From an uncultured Oscillospiraceae bacterium (GTDB taxonomy: Bacteria > Bacillota > Clostridia > Oscillospirales > Oscillospiraceae), in assembly GCA_964456525.1 (NCBI GenBank), contig CAYWAP010000005.1:963-64962 (forward strand): 64,000 nucleotides of DNA, written 5' to 3'. Both the position numbers and the translations under genes were made by a program. Below are positions 45,922 to 55,706 of this stretch, piece after piece. Each line of letters begins with the position of its first letter. Position 1 is the first letter of the stretch. The notes beneath the pieces were generated by a model. The model had not been told where the DNA came from. It worked only from the letters and a program-made list of their open reading frames with translations, and made no database searches.

Positions 45922-47184
45922 TTAGCCCTTGAGCAGTTCCTCTGCCGCCAGCATGATGCCGGTCTTGCCCGATTCATAGGTCAGCCCGCCCTGCAGATAG
46001 ACGGTGAACGGCGGACGCATGGGGGCGTCGGCAGACAACTCGATGGAAGCGCCCTGAATAAAGGCCCCTGCGGCCATAATCACCGGGCAGTCGTATCCCG
46101 GCATATCCCAGGGAACTGGGGTCACAAAGCTGTCCACCGGCGAGCCGGACTGAATGCCTTTGCAAAATTTCTCCACCGCCGCCGGCTCGTTCAGGGATAC
46201 CGTCTGAATAATGTCGTGCCGGGTCTGGTCGCTGCGGGGTTCGGTTTCATAGCCCATCAGTTCCATCATGCGGGCGCCGAAAACAGCGGTTTTCACGGCC
46301 TGGGCAACGGTGTGGGGCGCCAGAAACAGGCCCTGATACAGTGCCCGGTTGTTCCCCAGGGTGCTGCCGCACTCCCGCCCGATGCCGGGAACCGTCAGGC
46401 GCATGGCCGCCGCCTCAATCAGGTCGTGCCGCCCCGCCAGATAGCCCCCCGTCGGGGCCAGTCCTCCACCGGGATTTTTAATCAGGCTGCCTGCAATCAG
46501 GTCGGCCCCCACCTGGGAGGGTTCCGCCGTCTCCACAAACTCGCCGTAGCAGTTGTCCACGATGACCACCGCATGGGCGTTGTTTTCCCGGACAATGGCA
46601 ATCAGCTCTCCGATCTCGGCAACCGACAGCGTGGAACGGGTGGAATACCCCTTGCTGCGCTGGATGAGGACGGCTTTCACGTTCGGCTGTCGCACTGCGG
46701 CGGCAAGACCGGCCCGATCGGGCTGGTGCTCCGGCGTCACATCCACTTGCCGGTAGCCCACGCCATACGCCTTCAGGCTGCCGGGATGATCGCCCGTGAC
46801 GCCGATCACCCCCAGCAGGGTGTCATAGGGCGCGCCAACGGCGCTCACCAGCGTATCCCCCGGCTTCAACGCTGCGTACAGCGCCGATGCGATGGCGTGG
46901 GTGCCGTTGACAAACTGAATGCGAACCAGGGCGTCTTCGGTGCCAAAAATGTCCGCATAAATTTTATCCAGTTGATCCCGGCCCAAATCATCATAGCCAT
47001 AGCCGGTTGTGCCCGCAAAAAAGGCTTCGGCAACCCGGTGGTTTTGAAAGGCAGCCAAAACCTTCCGGGTGTTCCACTCAGCGATGGCGTCAATTTTGTC
47101 AAATTGAGGGGCAACGTCCTGCTGCGCCCTGGCCGACAACGCCAGGATGCGGTCAGAAAACTCGATGGGATTGCTCAGATTCAT
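45922..47184 (-). CDS. ynbB: methionine gamma-lyase family / aluminium-resistance YnbB-like protein
   Basis: GTTGYGYDDLGR, VNGTHAI, QRSKGYS, VDNCYGEF, GSLIKNPGGG. Confidence 0.88.
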   Translation of the reverse strand: MNLSNPIEFSDRILALSARAQQDVAPQFDKIDAIAEWNTRKVLAAFQNHRVAEAFFAGTTGYGYDDLGRDQLDKIYADIFGTEDALVRIQFVNGTHAIASALYAALKPGDTLVSAVGAPYDTLLGVIGVTGDHPGSLKAYGVGYRQVDVTPEHQPDRAGLAAAVRQPNVKAVLIQRSKGYSTRSTLSVAEIGELIAIVRENNAHAVVIVDNCYGEFVETAEPSQVGADLIAGSLIKNPGGGLAPTGGYLAGRHDLIEAAAMRLTVPGIGRECGSTLGNNRALYQGLFLAPHTVAQAVKTAVFGARMMELMGYETEPRSDQTRHDIIQTVSLNEPAAVEKFCKGIQSGSPVDSFVTPVPWDMPGYDCPVIMAAGAFIQGASIELSADAPMRPPFTVYLQGGLTYESGKTGIMLAAEELLKG

Positions 47185-48208
47185 TGGTATGCTCCCTTTC
47201 CATTGAACTTCCCTGCTCACAGAAGGCGGTCAGCAGCTGCACCACTGCGTCGTAATCCGATCCATGGATGCGCTCCGTGGGGGTGTGGGTGTAGCGGCAG
47301 GGAATGGAAACGCCGCCGGTCAAAATCCCCCCACGGGAAACGTGCATGGGGCCTGCGTCTGTGCCGCCGCAGGACATCAAATCCATCTGGCAGGGAATTT
47401 GATTTGCCAGAGACAGCTCTTTTAACTTCCGGATCATCTGCTCCGAACAGAGGACGCTGTGATCCATGACTTTAATGGCCGCGCCTTTACACAAGGTCGT
47501 TGTCCCCTCATGAAGCGGCCCCGGCAGGTCATCCGGACACGTTACATCCACACAGATTCCATAGTCCGGGCGAATGTCATAGCACACCGGCCCGATGCCC
47601 CGCATCCCCAGCTCTTCCTGAACCGTAAAGGCAAAGTACAGATCTGCCCCACGGCTGCGGAGGCGGTGCAAGGTCTCCACCATAGCCGCGCAGCCGGCAC
47701 GATTGTCCAGGTAGGGGGAGATCACTCTATGTCCATATTTTAAAAAAGGCGTGGCAAAGGCGGCGGTATCGCCCAGGGAGACCATGTCTCTGGCCTCCTC
47801 CTCATTTTGGGCGCCGATGTCGATATACAGGTCGCGCAGCTGCAGCGCCTTTCCCACTTTGTCCTCATCGGCGGAGATGACGCCGGTGACGCGGTTTTTG
47901 AAGCGAACCGGCGCCTGCAAAATGGAGGCCGGGTCCAGACCGCCCACCGGGGCAAAGCGCAGGAACCCCGTCTTTTCAAACCGGGTGACGACGCAGCCCA
48001 CGCTGTCCATGTGTCCGGCCAGCAGAATCTTGGGGCCGTTGCCCGAGCGGTGAATGACCAGATTCCCCATGGCGTCCTTCCACATCCCGTCGCCCTTTGT
48101 CCTGTCCAGCCCGCTGCGGCAGACACTTTCCAGCAGAGTGCTGACCTCCGCCTCATCTCCGGAGACGCCGTGCGCCGCAACCAGACTCTCCAGCAATTTG
48201 GTATCCAT
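47153..48208 (-). CDS. M42 family metallopeptidase (catalytic residues intact)
   Basis: GHMD, LDNR, QEE, VDV, HTP. Confidence 0.9.
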   Translation of the reverse strand: MDTKLLESLVAAHGVSGDEAEVSTLLESVCRSGLDRTKGDGMWKDAMGNLVIHRSGNGPKILLAGHMDSVGCVVTRFEKTGFLRFAPVGGLDPASILQAPVRFKNRVTGVISADEDKVGKALQLRDLYIDIGAQNEEEARDMVSLGDTAAFATPFLKYGHRVISPYLDNRAGCAAMVETLHRLRSRGADLYFAFTVQEELGMRGIGPVCYDIRPDYGICVDVTCPDDLPGPLHEGTTTLCKGAAIKVMDHSVLCSEQMIRKLKELSLANQIPCQMDLMSCGGTDAGPMHVSRGGILTGGVSIPCRYTHTPTERIHGSDYDAVVQLLTAFCEQGSSMEREHTNESEQSHRVF

Positions 48209-48214
48209 ATGTCT

Positions 48215-49267
48215 CTATCCTTTCACGCTGTATCCGAGATGGCTCCCCTGGGCGCGCAGCAGATCCAACATCGCCTGACAGTCCCCCAGCGAAACCACCC
48301 CCATGGGCGCCCCGCGGTAGCGCACCGGGACGGCAAGGGACGCTGCGGCCCGGCCGGCGGCCTGACGGCCATAGATGGCGGCGTTCCGGTTCCCCTCGGT
48401 TCCCTCCTGCACTTGCCAGGAAATCCCACTCTGCTGCGCTTCGCCGCGCAACTGCTCAAACAGCCCGCGGTGGAACGCGGCGTGGGCGCCATAGGGGGCG
48501 AGCACCACGCCCTTTCCCACCTGGGCACCACGGCTCGGCCCGTCCGCTCCCGGAAAATCCCAGGCGGCGCAGCCGTCCAGCGAGATGGCGCAGCCGTCAT
48601 GCCCCTCTGGCTCAGGCGAACGGGCAAAGGCCGCGCCAAAGGCGCCGCGGGCGCCGACCTCACGCTGCACGGAAAAGACAAAGGTGCAATCCGCACCCGG
48701 CGCCTCCTCCAACAGCTTCAAAAGCACCGCGCAGCCCACGCGGCTGTACAGCGCCTTCCCCCGAAACAGGCCCGCGCCAAAGGGGCCGCAGTCATCGTCA
48801 AAGACGCCGACTGTGCCCAGAGGAACCCGGCGCTTTGCCTCATCCCGTTTCCTGCATCCGATGTCAATATAGAGTTCCCTCTCTTTGGGAACCCTTGTCC
48901 GCTCCTCTTTGGTGGTCAGATGAATGGGTTTCATGCCAAAGACCCCCAGGATGCGCTCCCGACCCAGGTACACCCGCTTGCCGATCAGCTGGCGGCGATC
49001 TACAGTCCCCACACACTGAAAGCGCAGGGAGCCGTCCTGTGTATAGTCCGAAATGATGACCCCTGTCTCGTCCATGGCCGCATCCAAAATCACGGCCCGG
49101 GCGGCGGCGTCTCGCCCCCCTTTTGGGATGACGATCAAATTGCCAAGGCGGTCCGTGTGCATGCTGCCAGCATACGGCGCCGCCTTGTCGCGGATATAGT
49201 CCCGAACCGCGTCCTCATGGCCGGACACCCCCGGAAGGGCACACAGTTCCTGCAACAGCTCTACCAT
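48215..49267 (-). CDS. M42 family protein, predicted catalytically inactive
   Basis: M42 fold motifs (PGVSGHE, D.LGN, LYIDIG) but AAMDE, ALYSR, QRE and RYRGAP at the catalytic positions. Confidence 0.85.
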   Translation of the reverse strand: MVELLQELCALPGVSGHEDAVRDYIRDKAAPYAGSMHTDRLGNLIVIPKGGRDAAARAVILDAAMDETGVIISDYTQDGSLRFQCVGTVDRRQLIGKRVYLGRERILGVFGMKPIHLTTKEERTRVPKERELYIDIGCRKRDEAKRRVPLGTVGVFDDDCGPFGAGLFRGKALYSRVGCAVLLKLLEEAPGADCTFVFSVQREVGARGAFGAAFARSPEPEGHDGCAISLDGCAAWDFPGADGPSRGAQVGKGVVLAPYGAHAAFHRGLFEQLRGEAQQSGISWQVQEGTEGNRNAAIYGRQAAGRAAASLAVPVRYRGAPMGVVSLGDCQAMLDLLRAQGSHLGYSVKG

Positions 49268-50286
49268 AGGGGCGGCGCCTCCTTTCCAATGTCCCGGACG
49301 AAGGCCGCCAGCAGCCGGGCGGTCTCCTTTACGTCCTTTTCCGAAATGACCTCAAGGGGGGTGTGCATATATTTCAGCGGGATGCTGAGCACCGCGGTGG
49401 ACACCCCTTCCCGGGAAATCTGAATCTCCCAGCCGTTGGTGCCCGTGTGGCCCGACATAACCTCCACCTCATAGGAGAGGCCAAGGTCATGGCACTTGTC
49501 CTTCATCCGCTCGAACATCCAATTGGCGATGTTGGGGCCGCAGCCGATCACCGGGCCGCAGCCCAGGTCAAAGCCTTCCTCGGTGCTGTCCGCTGTCCTG
49601 CCAAAGGTGACATCCACCGCCACAGCGTAATCCGGCCGAATCCGATAGGCGGCGGTAATGGCTCCGGTGCTGTCCGTCTCCTCCCGGACGGAACCGGTGA
49701 CATACACATCCACGTCCAGCGGCTCGTGCTCCAGGCACTTCATCGCCTCCACCAGCAGCGCAAAACAGGAGCGGTCGTCCAGGGATTTCCCCGCGATCGT
49801 TCCCTCACCCAGCAAAAAGCACCCCTCCCGGAAGGAGACCGGCGTCCCCAGGGGGATGTTTGCCTCCGCCTCCTCCTGGGTGAGGCCCACGTCAATGCGA
49901 AGCTCCGCCAGGGGAACCGCCTTGTCCCCCTCCACCGCGGGACCGGCGCAGGTGACAATACCCGGGATGGGCGGCTCGGTCAGGACTGTGACCATGCGGT
50001 TTGGCAGAACCCGGGGGTCGATGCCGCCCAGCTGGAAAAAGCGCAAGAACCCCTTGTCATAGCCGGAGACGATCATGCCCACCTCGTCCAGATGGGCATC
50101 CAGCAGCATCCGCGGCGCATTCTCCCTGCCGCAGCGTTTCACGCCGATGACCGTGTGGTATGGGTCAATTTCCACCTCATCCACCCAGGGGCGCAATAGC
50201 GACACCGCTGCCTGGGCCACCGCGCGCTCAAAGCCGGCGGGGCCACACAGGGCATTCAGTTTGGAAATGGATTCATATACTGTCAA
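49261..50286 (-). CDS. M42 family metallopeptidase (catalytic residues intact)
   Basis: AHLDE, LDDR, REE, VDV, MHTP; TTG start. Confidence 0.9.
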   Translation of the reverse strand: MTVYESISKLNALCGPAGFERAVAQAAVSLLRPWVDEVEIDPYHTVIGVKRCGRENAPRMLLDAHLDEVGMIVSGYDKGFLRFFQLGGIDPRVLPNRMVTVLTEPPIPGIVTCAGPAVEGDKAVPLAELRIDVGLTQEEAEANIPLGTPVSFREGCFLLGEGTIAGKSLDDRSCFALLVEAMKCLEHEPLDVDVYVTGSVREETDSTGAITAAYRIRPDYAVAVDVTFGRTADSTEEGFDLGCGPVIGCGPNIANWMFERMKDKCHDLGLSYEVEVMSGHTGTNGWEIQISREGVSTAVLSIPLKYMHTPLEVISEKDVKETARLLAAFVRDIGKEAPPLW

Positions 50287-50365
50287 AGGAAGACACCCCT
50301 TTATCCATACGTACATGTGCGCAAAGGCGGCGGGACGCCTGCCCAGCGCCCCGCAGGGAAAGCGG

Positions 50366-51751
50366 TCACAGGGAGCGAACCAGCTCCTTAAACACGTTCC
50401 CGCGCTCCATAAAATTCTTAAAGCAATCGAAAGAGGCGCTGGCCGGGGACAAAATGACGACATCCCCCTCTTCGGCCAGTGCGGCGGCCTTATGGACAGC
50501 GCCGTCAAAGTCCTCCATCATATAGATGGGCAGCTGCTCGGGATCATAACCGGCAGCGTGAACCGCAGCGTCCCGGATTTTGACGGCCGTCGGGCCGGTC
50601 AGAACCAGGCACTTGCAGTGCTCCACCAAATCCGCCCCCATGACATCATAGGGGATGTGCTTGTCATAGCCGCCGGCGATCAGGATGACCTTCTGCCGGA
50701 AGGAGCGCAGCCCGGCCATGGTGCGGCTGGGACTGGAGGCAATGGAGTCGTTATAATATTTGACCCCGTCTTTCTCCCGAACCAGCTCAATGCGGTGCTC
50801 CACGCCGCCAAATTCCCGGGCGAATTGACGGATGACCCCGTCCGGAACCAGCCCGTCCACCGCGCCAATGGCCGCCATGTAGTTCTCCACATTGTGGACG
50901 CCGGGAATGAGAATCTGGTCAACGGGCAGAACCTGACGGGTTTCCCCATTCTTCTTGACGCAGATGACGCCGTCTTCCAGCACGACCCCCTCTTCCAGGG
51001 CGTTCTGGCGGGAAAACAGGGTGACCCCTCCCGCCGCCTGGGTGCGGAACTGGTATGTGATGTCATTGTCCCGGTTCAGAACAACCTTATCACAGGCGTG
51101 CTGGTGCAGGAAGATATTTTTCTTGGCATCGATATACTCCTGCATCCCCTTATGAACATCCAGATGGTTGGGCGCCAGATTGGTGATGACGGCAATTTCC
51201 GGGCTGCAGTCCATGGTCATCAGCTGGAAGGAGGACAGCTCCAGGACGGCAATATCCTCGGGCTTCATGGATGCGGTGTCGGGCAGCAGCGGGCGGCCAA
51301 TGTTGCCGCCCAAGTGGACGGTGTATCCCGCCGCCTCCAGCAGTTTGGCGATGATCGTGGTTGTGGTGGTCTTGCCGTCAGAGCCGGTGACGGCGATGCG
51401 CTTGCAGGGACACACCTGGAAAAAGACCTCCATCTCCGAGGTAATCCGGCTGCCCCGTGTGCGCGCCGCCTCAAAGGCCGGAATATCGGGCCGGATGCCC
51501 GGGGAGCGGAAAATCACATCCTGATCCAGCCCCTCCAGATAATCCTCCCCCAGCTTCAATGTTGCCCCCAGTTCGGTCAGCTCGTCCAACAGGGCATTGT
51601 CCCCAAAGGCCTCCCGGCTCTTCCTGTCGCAGGCGGTGACGGAAATGCCCCGCTGCAAGAGCAGCTTGATGAGCGGAGTATTGCTGACGCCAATGCCGAT
51701 AATGGCAACGGTTTGATTCTCTAAGGACGTCAAATATTCTTCAAAGGTCAT
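50366..51751 (-). CDS. murD: UDP-N-acetylmuramoyl-L-alanine--D-glutamate ligase
   Basis: RSPG, TGSDGKTTTT, GGNIG, ELSSFQL, NHLD.H, HRIE, NDSIAS, SPASASFD. Confidence 0.95.
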   Translation of the reverse strand: MTFEEYLTSLENQTVAIIGIGVSNTPLIKLLLQRGISVTACDRKSREAFGDNALLDELTELGATLKLGEDYLEGLDQDVIFRSPGIRPDIPAFEAARTRGSRITSEMEVFFQVCPCKRIAVTGSDGKTTTTTIIAKLLEAAGYTVHLGGNIGRPLLPDTASMKPEDIAVLELSSFQLMTMDCSPEIAVITNLAPNHLDVHKGMQEYIDAKKNIFLHQHACDKVVLNRDNDITYQFRTQAAGGVTLFSRQNALEEGVVLEDGVICVKKNGETRQVLPVDQILIPGVHNVENYMAAIGAVDGLVPDGVIRQFAREFGGVEHRIELVREKDGVKYYNDSIASSPSRTMAGLRSFRQKVILIAGGYDKHIPYDVMGADLVEHCKCLVLTGPTAVKIRDAAVHAAGYDPEQLPIYMMEDFDGAVHKAAALAEEGDVVILSPASASFDCFKNFMERGNVFKELVRSL

Positions 51752-51781
51752 GCCAGACCCCTCCTTTTTACATACAGAGGT

Positions 51782-51810
51782 ATTATAGCCCATCATGTAC
51801 CTGATTTCAA
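51782..51810 (-). promoter_or_regulatory. sigma-A promoter for the murD operon
   Basis: minus strand TTGAAA-17bp-TATAAT. Confidence 0.7.
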
Positions 51811-52028
51811 CCGACAATTGGCGCTCTTCGGGGGATTTGCCCTCCCGCGCGTCCCCCTTCGATGCCAACGCCCGGTTTCCGACGCCCTTCTTTTCTGCAT
51901 CTCTCTGTTAATTCGTTAAATTGCGAAATCCGCCCCGGGTTTTCCGCGGCAAATTCGTACCTGCGGCTATGGCGGATCGGGGAATCGTCTGTTATAATAG
52001 GGAAAGCAACTGATATGGAGGAGACACT

Positions 52029-52631
52029 ATGAACATCGTATGCCTGGATATGGAGGGCGTTCTGGTTCCCGAAATCTGGATCGCATTCTCCAAAGCAAGC
52101 GGCATCCCGGAACTGCAGCGCACCACCCGTGATGAGCCGGATTACAACAAGCTGATGCAGTGGCGGCTCAGCGTCGTGAACGCCCACGGCCTGGGGCTGA
52201 AGGAAATTCAAGAGACCATCGCCACCATTGATCCCCTGCCCGGCGCCCGGGAATTTCTGGACGAACTGCGCTCCCTGACCCAGGTGATTGTCATCAGCGA
52301 CACCTTCACCCAGTTCGCCAAGCCCCTGATGGAGAAGCTGGGCTGGCCCACCCTCTTTTGCAACTCTCTGGAGGTGGCCCCTGACGGCAAAATCATCGAT
52401 TTCAAAATGCGGATTCAGGACTCCAAGCTGTCTACCGTCAGAGCTTTGCAGTCCATCGGCTACGACACCATCGCCGTGGGCGACAGTTACAACGACCTGG
52501 CCATGATTCGCGCCAGCAAGGCCGGTTTCCTCTTCCGGAGCACCGGCCCCATCAAGGCCGACAATCCGGACATCCCCGCATGGGAAACCTTTGATGAGCT
52601 GCTGTCCGCCATCAAGGCCAACCTGGATTGA
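52029..52631 (+). CDS. thrH: phosphoserine phosphatase / homoserine phosphotransferase (HAD)
   Basis: DMEGVLVPEIW, TTRDEPDY, SDTF, GDSYND. Confidence 0.9.
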   Translation: MNIVCLDMEGVLVPEIWIAFSKASGIPELQRTTRDEPDYNKLMQWRLSVVNAHGLGLKEIQETIATIDPLPGAREFLDELRSLTQVIVISDTFTQFAKPLMEKLGWPTLFCNSLEVAPDGKIIDFKMRIQDSKLSTVRALQSIGYDTIAVGDSYNDLAMIRASKAGFLFRSTGPIKADNPDIPAWETFDELLSAIKANLD

Positions 52632-52671
52632 GGTTCCTGCACCGCCGCTTTCCATCCCTTCACAGTCTAAT

Positions 52672-52708
52672 CGCCCCCTTTGCCGTCGCCGACAAGGGGG
52701 CGTTTTTT
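52672..52708 (+). terminator. thrH terminator
   Basis: CGCCCCCTT/AAGGGGGCG stem plus T6. Confidence 0.75.
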
Positions 52709-52793
52709 ATGGCACCCCCTCCCAAGAGCCGGTTTTCCGCCTCCGGCGGCGCTGCTTAAAATTTAAAATTCTTTCTCCGTCCTGTAGGCTGAA

Positions 52794-52823
52794 TTGCAAA
52801 AACGATCCCTTCGGTGGTATACT
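52794..52823 (+). promoter_or_regulatory. sigma-A promoter for glycerate kinase
   Basis: TTGCAA-18bp-TATACT. Confidence 0.55.
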
Positions 52824-52846
52824 AAGCCGGAAAGAAGGGATATACT

Positions 52847-54082
52847 GTGAATCAAAGGATGCGCAACGAGGCCGACCGGATCATTGCCAAAAGTCTGGAG
52901 GCCGTCCTGCCGGACCGCGCCGTCGTCCGGGCGCTGGAGCATTTTCACCCCGGCCCCGGCAAGACCATTCTGGTCGCGGTGGGAAAGGCCGCCTGGCAGA
53001 TGGCATCAACCGGCGTACAGGCCCTGGGACAGGTGGATGCCGGTATCGTCATCACCAAATCCGGCCACGTCAAAGGGAGCATTCTCGGCGTGGTCTGCTA
53101 CGAGGCCGGGCACCCGGTGCCCGATGAAAACAGCTATGCCGCCACACGGGCCGCTCTGGAGCTGGTGGGAAATTTAACGGCGGAGGACACGGTGCTCTTT
53201 CTCCTCTCCGGAGGGGGCAGCGCCCTGTTGGAACAGCCCCTTCTCCCGGCTTTGGAGCTGGCGGATATCACCGCCCAGCTTCTGGCCTGCGGCGCCAACA
53301 TTGTGGAAATCAACACCATTCGGAAACGTCTCAGCGCCGTGAAAGGCGGCCGCTTTGCCCGCATCTGCGCCCCGGCAAAGGTGTTCAACATTGTACTGAG
53401 CGACATCATTGGCGATCCTCTGGATATGATTGCCAGCGGCCCCGCTTACCCGGATCACTCCACCTGCGCCCAGGCCCAGTACATTGCGGAGAAATACCGG
53501 CTGACCCTCTCCGCCCGGGCAAAGACGCTTCTGGCCCAGGAGACCCCCAAATCTCTTGACAATGTGGAAACCCGGGTCACCGGCAGCGTCCGGGAGCTTT
53601 GCGCTGCCGCGGCCAGCGCGTGTGAGGCTCTGGGGTATCGGCCCATATTGCTCACCGACCGGCTGTGCTGCGAGGCCCGGGAGGCGGGAAGTTTCCTGGC
53701 CTCCATCCTGAAAACCCACGCAGGGGACGGCGTCTCCCTGGCCTTCCTCGCAGGCGGCGAGACCGTGGTCCACCTCACCGGCAACGGCCTGGGCGGGCGG
53801 AATCAGGAGCTGGCGCTGGCCGCAGCCCCCGGCATCGCCGGACTGGTCAACGCCGCCGTGTTCTCTGTGGGCAGCGACGGCACGGACGGCCCCACCGACG
53901 CCGCCGGGGGCTATGTGGACGGGGAGACCATGGCCGCCCTTGGCCGGGCGGGGCTGGACATCCATCACGCGCTGCAAAACAACGACGCCTATCACGCCCT
54001 GGAGGCCTGCGGCGGCCTGATCATCACCGGCCCCACCGGAACCAACGTCAACGATGTGGCCGTCGCTCTGCTGAGGGCCTAG
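52847..54082 (+). CDS. glycerate 2-kinase (DUF4147/MOFRL family)
   Basis: GKAA, EAGHPVPD, LSGGGSAL, VKGGR, IASGP, GGET, GGRNQE, DGTDG, TGTNVND. Confidence 0.92.
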   Translation: MNQRMRNEADRIIAKSLEAVLPDRAVVRALEHFHPGPGKTILVAVGKAAWQMASTGVQALGQVDAGIVITKSGHVKGSILGVVCYEAGHPVPDENSYAATRAALELVGNLTAEDTVLFLLSGGGSALLEQPLLPALELADITAQLLACGANIVEINTIRKRLSAVKGGRFARICAPAKVFNIVLSDIIGDPLDMIASGPAYPDHSTCAQAQYIAEKYRLTLSARAKTLLAQETPKSLDNVETRVTGSVRELCAAAASACEALGYRPILLTDRLCCEAREAGSFLASILKTHAGDGVSLAFLAGGETVVHLTGNGLGGRNQELALAAAPGIAGLVNAAVFSVGSDGTDGPTDAAGGYVDGETMAALGRAGLDIHHALQNNDAYHALEACGGLIITGPTGTNVNDVAVALLRA

Positions 54083-54144
54083 ACCCTGTTTGCGCCATAC
54101 CCCCAGACGTTCTCCTTTGTGAAATCTGCTTTCCGGAAGACGAT

Positions 54145-54174
54145 TTGACAGACCGGCAGACTGTGATATATACT
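54145..54174 (+). promoter_or_regulatory. sigma-A promoter for the ktr/trk operon
   Basis: TTGACA-18bp-TATACT. Confidence 0.7.
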
Positions 54175-54301
54175 GTTTTTATGCGATCTTCCCGGGGCAG
54201 ATTCTCCATTGGGCCGCTTTCCCAAAGGGGAGTACCGGCCCGGCGCCCCGCCTTTTGCAACGCGGGCAATCACCAGAGCATATTTCCGGGGAGGTTCTCT
54301 T

Positions 54302-55648
54302 TTGACACGCAGACCCAAATCCAGACCGGTTCCCGTGGGCGCAGCGAATCCAACCCGCATTCTGGTGCTCAGCTTTTTTGCCATCATCTCTGTGGGGACG
54401 GTGCTGCTGACCTTGCCGGTTTCCCGGGCGCAGGGTTCAGCCACGGACTGGCTGACCGCCCTGTTCACAGCCACCAGCGCAACCTGCGTCACCGGCCTTG
54501 CGGTGGTGGACACCGGTACCTGGTGGAGCCCCTTTGGTCAGGCCGTCATCCTTGTGATGATTCAGCTGGGCGGTCTGGGACTCATGACCACCATCCACAC
54601 CTTTTCCGCCCTGTTGAACCGCAGGCTCACCATGTCCGACCAGCTGGTTCTGATGAACGCGCTGAACCTGCAATCCATGCGCGATTTAACCCAGGTCGCC
54701 AAAAAATCCTTCCAGATCACCATGGTCTTTGAGCTGACCGGCGCAACCCTCCTCTCCGCCCGGTTTGTCCCGCAATACGGCGCGATCGGCATTTGGTACG
54801 GCATCTTTCACGCTGTTTCCGCCTTTTGCAACGCGGGCTTTGACCTGTTGGGCGGCATGGAATCCTTTGTCGCGGACCCGGTTGTCTGTCCCGTCCTGAT
54901 GCTGCTCATCATTTGCTCCGGGCTTGGCTTTTTTGTCTGGACGGAACTTCTCAGCCTGCGAAGCTGGAAGGGGCTCTCGCTGTACTCCCGGATGGTGCTG
55001 ACGGCCACCGCCCTCCTCATCGGCTCGGGCACAGTGCTGTTTCTGCTCCTGGAGCGGCGCAATCCGGACACCCTCGGCCCCCTCTCCCCGGCGGAGAAGG
55101 TGCTGGCCGCCCTGTTTCAGTCGGTGACGCTGCGCACGGCCGGTTTTTCCACCGTGGCCCAGGCCGGACTGACCGAGAGCGGCCAGGCCCTCTCCATCGT
55201 ATATATGCTCATCGGGGGCTGCTCCGGCTCCACCGCCGGCGGCGTCAAGGTGGGAAGCGCCTGCATTTTATGTCTGGCCCTGCGCAGCAGTCTGTCCGGC
55301 TCGGAGGCGGTAACCCTCCGCGGCAGGGCCATTCGCCCTGATCAGGTCTTCAGCGCCCTGTCCCTGGTTCTGCTGGTGGCCATGTCCGCCTTCCTCAGCG
55401 CACTTTGCATTTCCTTTTGGGAGCCGTGCCCCTTTCTCAGCGCCCTCTTTGAGACCGCTTCTGCCATTGCCACAGTTGGGCTGTCAGCCAACCTGACCGG
55501 CAGCCTTTCCCCCCTGTCCTGCATCCTCGTGATCGTATTGATGTATCTGGGGCGGGTGGGCATCCTCTCCTTCTCCCTGTCGGTATTGACCCGCAGACGG
55601 GTGAAGGAAAAGCTGAAATTTCCCTATGTGGATATGCTCATCGGCTGA
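54302..55648 (+). CDS. ktrB: TrkH/KtrB family K+ transporter membrane subunit
   Basis: Four filter loops ATCVTGL, AFCNAGF, LRTAGF, IATVGL; GSTAGGVK; TTG start after GGAGGT. Confidence 0.9.
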   Translation: MTRRPKSRPVPVGAANPTRILVLSFFAIISVGTVLLTLPVSRAQGSATDWLTALFTATSATCVTGLAVVDTGTWWSPFGQAVILVMIQLGGLGLMTTIHTFSALLNRRLTMSDQLVLMNALNLQSMRDLTQVAKKSFQITMVFELTGATLLSARFVPQYGAIGIWYGIFHAVSAFCNAGFDLLGGMESFVADPVVCPVLMLLIICSGLGFFVWTELLSLRSWKGLSLYSRMVLTATALLIGSGTVLFLLLERRNPDTLGPLSPAEKVLAALFQSVTLRTAGFSTVAQAGLTESGQALSIVYMLIGGCSGSTAGGVKVGSACILCLALRSSLSGSEAVTLRGRAIRPDQVFSALSLVLLVAMSAFLSALCISFWEPCPFLSALFETASAIATVGLSANLTGSLSPLSCILVIVLMYLGRVGILSFSLSVLTRRRVKEKLKFPYVDMLIG

Positions 55649-55706
55649 CCGCCACGCGCGGCGTCCTGCGGGCATATCGTTTCCGCGTTTTGAGGACCAT
55701 CATGCT

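Noticed and set aside
54224-54234. AAAGGGGAGTA resembling the yybP-ykoY Mn riboswitch, and ydaO c-di-AMP riboswitch expected from context
   Set aside because: The remaining conserved elements of both families are missing.
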